A stretch of DNA of 55,020 nt, filler included, from an uncultured Acidimicrobiales bacterium (GTDB lineage: Bacteria > Actinomycetota > Acidimicrobiia > Acidimicrobiales > UBA10347): assembly GCA_943788915.1 (NCBI GenBank). It is 3 parts of 3 records of this genome, joined end to end, with 100 filler letters (N's around TTAATTAATTAA, not from the genome) between each part and the next. Parts side by side here need not be neighbours in the genome. Positions count along the whole stretch, not along the records: positions 40,449 to 55,020 come from CALSSD010000022.1; 2 more parts are not named here. One strand, written 5' to 3'. The notes below the pieces were generated by a model. The model had not been told where the DNA came from. It saw only the letters and a program-made list of their open reading frames with translations, and did no database searches. The position numbers and the translations under genes are program-made. Numbering within the stretch: position 1 is the stretch's first letter; each line of letters starts with the position of its first letter. Of the stretch, positions 49,422 to 55,020 are shown in pieces.

Positions 49422-49694
49422 ATGCCTGATTCTGAGATCACCGAAGCCTTTGTCGCCAAGGTCGACGCGTTCGCAGCGTCACTCGAACCCGAGGAACAGG
49501 CACTGCTGATCGAGTTGCTCACCACTGGCGACGACGTCGCCGGGTTTGGCGCAGGCGCAGCGTGGCCCGGCCTTTTCACGCTCGGAATCGGCATCGGCCA
49601 GGTGGGAAGCTCAGCAGGCGCGAATTCCGATGGGTTGATTGCCCACGAGCTGACCCATGTGATCCAGGGTCGAGACAGCGAACCAAAGGGTTAA
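49422..49694 (+). CDS. Small hypothetical protein with DDVAGF motif and C-terminal HEXXH
   Basis: Helical N-terminus, DDVAGF, Gly-rich segment, LIAHELTHVIQ. Confidence 0.6.
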   Translation: MPDSEITEAFVAKVDAFAASLEPEEQALLIELLTTGDDVAGFGAGAAWPGLFTLGIGIGQVGSSAGANSDGLIAHELTHVIQGRDSEPKG

Positions 49695-49703
49695 GCCGCG
49701 CGG

Positions 49704-51221
49704 TCAACTGGCGTCGAGTTGGCCGATCACTCGGACGCGGACACGGCGGGCGTTGCCAGGCAGGTAGGCAAGTGGAAGGTCTTCGATTTCGATCGGTTCG
49801 ATCGTTGTCGACAACGCACCTGAGGCAACTGCACTCTCGGTGGCCAAACGGATTGCTTCGGCGACAGCCTCGTCTCGGTTCATGCCGTCGAAGACTCGGT
49901 CGACCTCGCCACTGACTTCGGCGAGAGCGGCGCCGACGGCATTGGCCACGCCAGCATGTTCCGGCCTGACCACCGTCGACACACCGGGCACGTGGTCGGG
50001 GACAGCGAACGCTCCACCGCCAACAGCGATCAGCGGTGTATCCGCTGCGGTGAGCTTCATCCGGTCGGCACCATCGGCGATCAGCTGACCAGCAAGCTCG
50101 AGCACCTCGGTTGCGAACGGTGCGTCGGGCCAGACGGTGCCTTCGATAGCGAGACGTGCGGCCGCGATTGCGGCATCGGTCAGGGTGTACATGTCGCCGC
50201 CGAAGCTACGGGCGCGTTCAGGTAGTAACGCACCCACGCTGTCCGGTCCGATGCGCAGCGGGTCGGTACGCACCACGCTGCCTCCGCCGAGCCCGATGGA
50301 GATCAGGTCGGGCAACTGGAAGAGCGTCCGCACTCCGCCGACCTCGACCGCGGCATTCGCCTGGCGGGGGTAACCGTTGACCAGGGCGCCGAAATCAGCC
50401 GTGGTGCCGCCTACATCGACGACCAGGCCGTCGGGTACATCGCCGAGCAGTGCTGCGCCTCGCATGCTGTTGGTCGGCCCAGATGCGAACGTGAGCACCG
50501 GGTGCTGCATTGCCTCGTCAAGGCTGAGCAGTGTGCCATCGTTCTGGGTGAGGTACAGGCGAGTGTCGGCATCGAAGTTGGCATCGGTCAGAGCAGCAGC
50601 GAAGGCGGCGATCGTGTCCCGAGCCAGGTGGACAAGGCAGGCGTTCAGTCCGGCGGCGTTTTCTCGCTCGAGCAGCCCCAGCCGGCCAAGACGATGCGAA
50701 CAGGTCACGTGCGCGTTGGGTAGCAGTTCGGTCAGGATCGCGGCGGCTCGCGTTTCCTGCGACGGATCCACTGGCGAGAACGAGCCGGTCACTACCAGTG
50801 CGTCGAGCCCCTCGGCCCGGAACCGTTCGGCAGCGTTGACAATGGCGTCCTCGTCGAGTGGTTCGAAGGGTCGGCCGTCGTATTCGATGCCACCCTTTAC
50901 CAGGATCGATACGCCGTCGACTGCGGCGGCCAAGTCCTGGGGCCAGTCCACGAGTGGTGGCAGGCCCCGGCCAGCGGGTAAGCCGACCCGCAAGAAGCCG
51001 ACCCGGTTGAGGTCCCGCCGCTGCACGACGGCGTTGGTGAAATGGGTCGTGCCGACTACGACAGCGTCTACCCGGTCATGCGGTAGCGCCTGCAGGGCGT
51101 TCCGGATGCCAGTCAGCACGTCTGATGTCGTGGGGGTCTTGATCGATGCCACCATCTGGGTGCCATCGAGTAGTGCTGCGTCGGTGTTCGTGCCGCCGAC
51201 GTCGATCCCGATACGCCTCAT
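49704..51221 (-). CDS. Hydantoinase/oxoprolinase family protein
   Basis: IGIDVGGTNTD, GTTHFTNA, LLERENA, SGPTNS, DVGGTT, VANAVGAA. Confidence 0.92.
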   Translation of the reverse strand: MRRIGIDVGGTNTDAALLDGTQMVASIKTPTTSDVLTGIRNALQALPHDRVDAVVVGTTHFTNAVVQRRDLNRVGFLRVGLPAGRGLPPLVDWPQDLAAAVDGVSILVKGGIEYDGRPFEPLDEDAIVNAAERFRAEGLDALVVTGSFSPVDPSQETRAAAILTELLPNAHVTCSHRLGRLGLLERENAAGLNACLVHLARDTIAAFAAALTDANFDADTRLYLTQNDGTLLSLDEAMQHPVLTFASGPTNSMRGAALLGDVPDGLVVDVGGTTADFGALVNGYPRQANAAVEVGGVRTLFQLPDLISIGLGGGSVVRTDPLRIGPDSVGALLPERARSFGGDMYTLTDAAIAAARLAIEGTVWPDAPFATEVLELAGQLIADGADRMKLTAADTPLIAVGGGAFAVPDHVPGVSTVVRPEHAGVANAVGAALAEVSGEVDRVFDGMNRDEAVAEAIRLATESAVASGALSTTIEPIEIEDLPLAYLPGNARRVRVRVIGQLDAS

Positions 51222-52294
51222 GCCGTGGGATCCACCGGGTCGATGTCGTAGCCAAACGCCCGGGGTCCGGCATAGTCCAGTCCGGCGGGGGTGGTGAAGA
51301 GATCGGGGGCACGCATGCCGACGAGCGAGACGCGCTGGCCGTACCGAGCAGTCTCGGTCCCGACCGCCTCACCCGAAAGCGTGTCAAGCAAGCAGATCAG
51401 ATGAGGCACTGTGGCCAGCACGTGGCCGTCGAGGCGAGCCACGATCCATTCGTTCTGGAAGTCAATTTCGAGGCGGGTCCCCGACCATTCGTCAAGGCCG
51501 TCAAGCCGAGCGATACCCCGCAGGAAGCCACCGGTCGCCTGCCGATCGACGTCGACGATCTTGCCCCGGAACAGGCACCGGCCATCGCCAGCCTCAGTTA
51601 ATGCTTCGACGGGATCCTGGTGGGTGGCCTGTGCCTCGCGCACTACTGCGCCCAGCCTGATCGCGGTGCTTACCGAACCAATAACTCCCCACTCTTTGAC
51701 CTCGGCGCCGGTCCGGGGTGCCTTGCAGGTCGCAGCCATTGAACCTACTTCGATTGTCAGGGCTCGGCTTGATCGTTCCATCCACTTCCATGTGGGCACA
51801 TGGCTGATGACGGCTTCGATGCCGCGTGGATCGACAAGTGAAAGCGGCCACGGCTGCAATCCGCCCACCGCGAAGCTGGTCATCTGGGCCTCGGGATAAG
51901 CGCGACCCATGGCATCGGCATCGACGATGGGAATGTCTAGGTGAGCGGCGGCCATGAATGGCTGGAAGGCATTCGAGCCACCGATCTCGACCGCCATGAT
52001 TGCATCGAACGGTGCTCCCAAGTAGTTGGCCAGTACCTCGACGGCGCGGGCAGCATCGACGCTGTCCTGGAGACGTTCTTGCATGACCAGCGGCGCGCCC
52101 ATGGTGGACACAACGGCCACCCGGGCATCGTCGGCGAGTTCGTCCGGGTGGATGAGTTCGAAGTTCTGCCCGGCTTGGCACAGCCGCTTTACCGACAAGT
52201 GGTTGAGGTAGGGACTGCCGCCGCCTCCCGTGCCGATAATCCATGCACCGACTGCCAGGTCATCGATCTCGGCTTCGGACAGAATGCGGCTCAT
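51218..52294 (-). CDS. DUF917 family protein
   Basis: GTGGGG, MGAP, EIGGSN, DADAMGRAYPE, FQNE; ATGA overlap with the hydantoinase gene. Confidence 0.88.
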   Translation of the reverse strand: MSRILSEAEIDDLAVGAWIIGTGGGGSPYLNHLSVKRLCQAGQNFELIHPDELADDARVAVVSTMGAPLVMQERLQDSVDAARAVEVLANYLGAPFDAIMAVEIGGSNAFQPFMAAAHLDIPIVDADAMGRAYPEAQMTSFAVGGLQPWPLSLVDPRGIEAVISHVPTWKWMERSSRALTIEVGSMAATCKAPRTGAEVKEWGVIGSVSTAIRLGAVVREAQATHQDPVEALTEAGDGRCLFRGKIVDVDRQATGGFLRGIARLDGLDEWSGTRLEIDFQNEWIVARLDGHVLATVPHLICLLDTLSGEAVGTETARYGQRVSLVGMRAPDLFTTPAGLDYAGPRAFGYDIDPVDPTA

Positions 52295-52387
52295 CGGAGT
52301 CGTCTCCCATTGATGTGCATTGGCGACGACGACGCGTGAGATGGGCCGTTGAGGAGGCACAGCCAATCGGGGATCACCGGATGGACA

Positions 52388-53449
52388 TTAGTGCGCGGTC
52401 TCGTCGACCGTCAGCAGCGAAAGCACGGCGGGGAGATCCGCGGCGACAAGTTCCCATTCGGCGTTGGGAGAGACCCGCCACACCTCGCCAGTATCGGTGC
52501 CGACCAGGGCGCCGCCGACAGTGGATGGATCGACGGTCAGGCCGTGGATGTTGGCGGCACTCGGAGTGTGCGCAGCGTCGGCGAGTGATCGCCATGATTC
52601 GCCCCGGTCGAGGCTTTGGAACAGTGCGGCGTTCGCCCCGCCCTCTTCCTTGTAATTGGAGAACGCCGTGGGTGCGCTGCCGACCGTGAGAGCGTGGGGT
52701 GGGCGAGGGTCAATACACATTGGTCGTGAGTACCTGGGGGTCACGCCGGTCCAGGCGTAGTTCCAGGTTTCGCCACCGTTGTCACTGCGAAGGACGCCGG
52801 CGTTGCCTTCGAGTTCTTCGGCGATGTGGTCGAAGCGGCCGTACCCGGTGCTGGCATAGATCACATCGGGTTCACCTGGCTGGGCGTAGAGCATGTGCAG
52901 GTCGGGGTTGTCGTAGGGCAGAGCGACCGACCAGGTCTCGCCTCCGTCGGTGGTGCGGGCGATGCCGCCAACTTCGACGCCAACCCAGATCCGGTCGTCG
53001 TTTGTTGCATCGACCACGATGGCCCGGGCCCGACCTTCGAGAGGCGGGTCAAGTGGTACACACCAGGCTTGGGCCTCGGGAACCTGGGCGAATGATTCGA
53101 TCTCGGTCCATGAATCGCCGTGGTCGTCGCTACGAAAGAGACCGGCAGGCTGGGTACCAGCGAAGAGCCGACCCGATCCGCCGGAGCGCACCTGCCACAC
53201 CTCGCGGCCTGCCAGCTGGGGTCCTGACCAGGATCGACCGCCGTCGTCGGAGGTCCACAGGCCGTCGCCGGTTCCGGCGAAGATGCGACCATCAAGCTGA
53301 AACAGGTCTCGGACGCCACCCGACTCGAGTACCGGCTCTGCGCCTGCGTCGGTAACTAGGAACACACCTCGGCTCGTGCCGGCCACGATCGCAGTCGATA
53401 TGGCGTTTGGGCTGGTGTACTCAGAAGTGGCGAGTTGATCGGTCATCAC
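52388..53449 (-). CDS. BNR/Asp-box beta-propeller protein (Ycf48/glycosidase-like)
   Basis: Repeated SxDxGxxW motifs; GVEVGG; DLH. Confidence 0.85.
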   Translation of the reverse strand: MMTDQLATSEYTSPNAISTAIVAGTSRGVFLVTDAGAEPVLESGGVRDLFQLDGRIFAGTGDGLWTSDDGGRSWSGPQLAGREVWQVRSGGSGRLFAGTQPAGLFRSDDHGDSWTEIESFAQVPEAQAWCVPLDPPLEGRARAIVVDATNDDRIWVGVEVGGIARTTDGGETWSVALPYDNPDLHMLYAQPGEPDVIYASTGYGRFDHIAEELEGNAGVLRSDNGGETWNYAWTGVTPRYSRPMCIDPRPPHALTVGSAPTAFSNYKEEGGANAALFQSLDRGESWRSLADAAHTPSAANIHGLTVDPSTVGGALVGTDTGEVWRVSPNAEWELVAADLPAVLSLLTVDETAH

Positions 53450-53556
53450 GGCTCCTTGGGCAGTTAGCCAACAGTAGTGCGGAACACCCTTACTGCGAAT
53501 CTCGGCGGTTGCCGTCGCTGACCGTGGGCGGGTCGGCTCCTCGGCCTTAGGGCCGT

Positions 53557-54576
53557 TCAGTGCATCAGGACGTGTTCTAGGCGACGTGCCTGCTCGGCCG
53601 AGTCGCCGGGATCAATGCCCCACAGCGGCGGCTTCACACACAGTGAATCGGCGTGTTCGGCGATGCGCTCGATCTCTTGGCCGACTTCATCGGCGGTGCC
53701 GCAGACGGCGAAGGTACGCGCGGCCTCGAGTGGTACCAGGTCGATGACTCGTTCGAGTGGCTGTGAGCGTCGCGCTTCGACGAGGGTGTCGAACAAGTCA
53801 CCGAAGCCGTGTTCGGCGAAGTACGACCGGTAGCTGGGGATCGATGCATAGAAGGCCATGTTGCCTCGCGCTCGTTGGGCGGCAACGACTGGATCTGGGT
53901 CGATCGATGCGGTCAGCCACAGCTGGACGTGGATGTTGTTGGGATCGCGGCCAGCCTTGGCAGCGCCACGATGAACGGCGGGAAGCGCTCGTTCGAGCAG
54001 CCACCAGCTCGACCAGATGGAATGTCCGATGAAGCCGTCGGCGCACTCACCGGCGAGTTCGCACAGTCGTTCGCGAAGTGCAGCGATCCACACGGGTACT
54101 CGGCGGGCGTTCGGCCCGAAGTTCGGATGCAGGCCCTCGAAGGACAGGTCGTAATGTTCGCCGTGATAGTCGGGGATCGACGCAGCACCGGACGCCGCGA
54201 CGTCGCACACCATGCGCACGATCTCGATCACTTCGCGCAACCGGCCAATCGGCGGCTGAAACGGCTGGCCAAAGAAGTCTTCGGTCCAGGTCTGGGGTGC
54301 AGTGCCGAGGCCTAGCGTGAACCGCCCGTTGCTGATCTCGTCGAGCTCCAGTGCAGCGCACGCGGTTTCGAACGGCGAGCGCACAAACGACATGGCGATG
54401 CCGGTCTCGAGGCCGAGTGAGGTGGTGGCCGTAGCTGCCACCGCCATGCTCGCCCATGGCGGGCCGTACACCTGGTTGCCGATCGCTCCCGCGTAACCGC
54501 GGTCTTCGAGATGGCGGGCACGGTCGCCGATTGTCGTCGCGTCACCGCGACCGATCGGGGCCCAGAAGTCGGGCAT
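53557..54576 (-). CDS. LLM-class (probably F420-dependent) oxidoreductase
   Basis: TGIAMSFVRSP, SNGRFTLGLG, AGECADG. Confidence 0.88.
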   Translation of the reverse strand: MPDFWAPIGRGDATTIGDRARHLEDRGYAGAIGNQVYGPPWASMAVAATATTSLGLETGIAMSFVRSPFETACAALELDEISNGRFTLGLGTAPQTWTEDFFGQPFQPPIGRLREVIEIVRMVCDVAASGAASIPDYHGEHYDLSFEGLHPNFGPNARRVPVWIAALRERLCELAGECADGFIGHSIWSSWWLLERALPAVHRGAAKAGRDPNNIHVQLWLTASIDPDPVVAAQRARGNMAFYASIPSYRSYFAEHGFGDLFDTLVEARRSQPLERVIDLVPLEAARTFAVCGTADEVGQEIERIAEHADSLCVKPPLWGIDPGDSAEQARRLEHVLMH

Positions 54577-54648
54577 GGGATGCTCCTCGCAGCCAGGGAC
54601 TGATACCTCGACCGTAGTTGTTCGCTGCGGCTTTCATGGGCTGAGACG

Positions 54649-55020
54649 TTATGGGGTGGCGTAGCCGTCGGGGTACTGGATGAACTCGAACAGAATGCCG
54701 AGGATCGACGCGGGGTGCGAGAAGGTGAACGAGATGTCGTCGTCGAAACGTCGTCCGGCGAAGTCGATCATCGAGGTCGAAAGCGTGGCCGGTTTGTCAG
54801 CGACGAACTGCACGCCCTTGGTACCAAGTGTTTCCATGGTGTCGTTGATGTCGTCGACCGCGAATGCGATGTGATGCAGGCCCGGGCCACGTTTTGCCAA
54901 GAAGTCAGCGATGACCCCGGTGGGAGCCGTGGGAGCCATAACTTCGAAATCGACCTTGCCGACCCGGCACATCTTGAACCGCATGTCGTACATCGGCACG
55001 TCGATCAGATCACCGACTTC
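54649..55020 (-). CDS. VOC family protein (methylmalonyl-CoA epimerase-like), 5' partial
   Basis: FLAKRGPGLHHIAFAVDD, HP...GILFEF. Confidence 0.8.
   Translation of the reverse strand, partial: EVGDLIDVPMYDMRFKMCRVGKVDFEVMAPTAPTGVIADFLAKRGPGLHHIAFAVDDINDTMETLGTKGVQFVADKPATLSTSMIDFAGRRFDDDISFTFSHPASILGILFEFIQYPDGYATP

Overview
High-GC window that looks actinobacterial, probably Acidimicrobiia-like. This is inferred from the F420/mycofactocin genes, the PknG-type kinase and the large NAD-GDH. It is three contigs joined by artificial N/TTAATTAATTAA/N linkers (23691-23790, 40349-40448). Contig 1: sucCD, a decayed VapBC islet bounded by a duplicated gene 3' end, udp and small enzymes, and a PknG-type signalling locus. 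In that locus a glnX-like gene is coupled to a polyamine-type binding protein and a PLP decarboxylase, and the divergent helical protein-kinase-PP2C-vWA-FHA operon converges on NAD-glutamate dehydrogenase. Contig 2: degV-plsY-dedA, tRNA-Glu/Asp/Phe, an NDMA-type ADH, a MoxR AAA+/vWA pair linked by a candidate -1 programmed frameshift, selO-msrB-msrA and an mftF fragment. Contig 3: catabolic enzymes, a GrdB/PrdB-like selenoprotein (in-frame TGA, UxxC) coupled to a glutaredoxin, and a DUF917/hydantoinase cluster. Several genes carry frameshifts or inactivating substitutions. All calls come from motif recognition; no searches were run.
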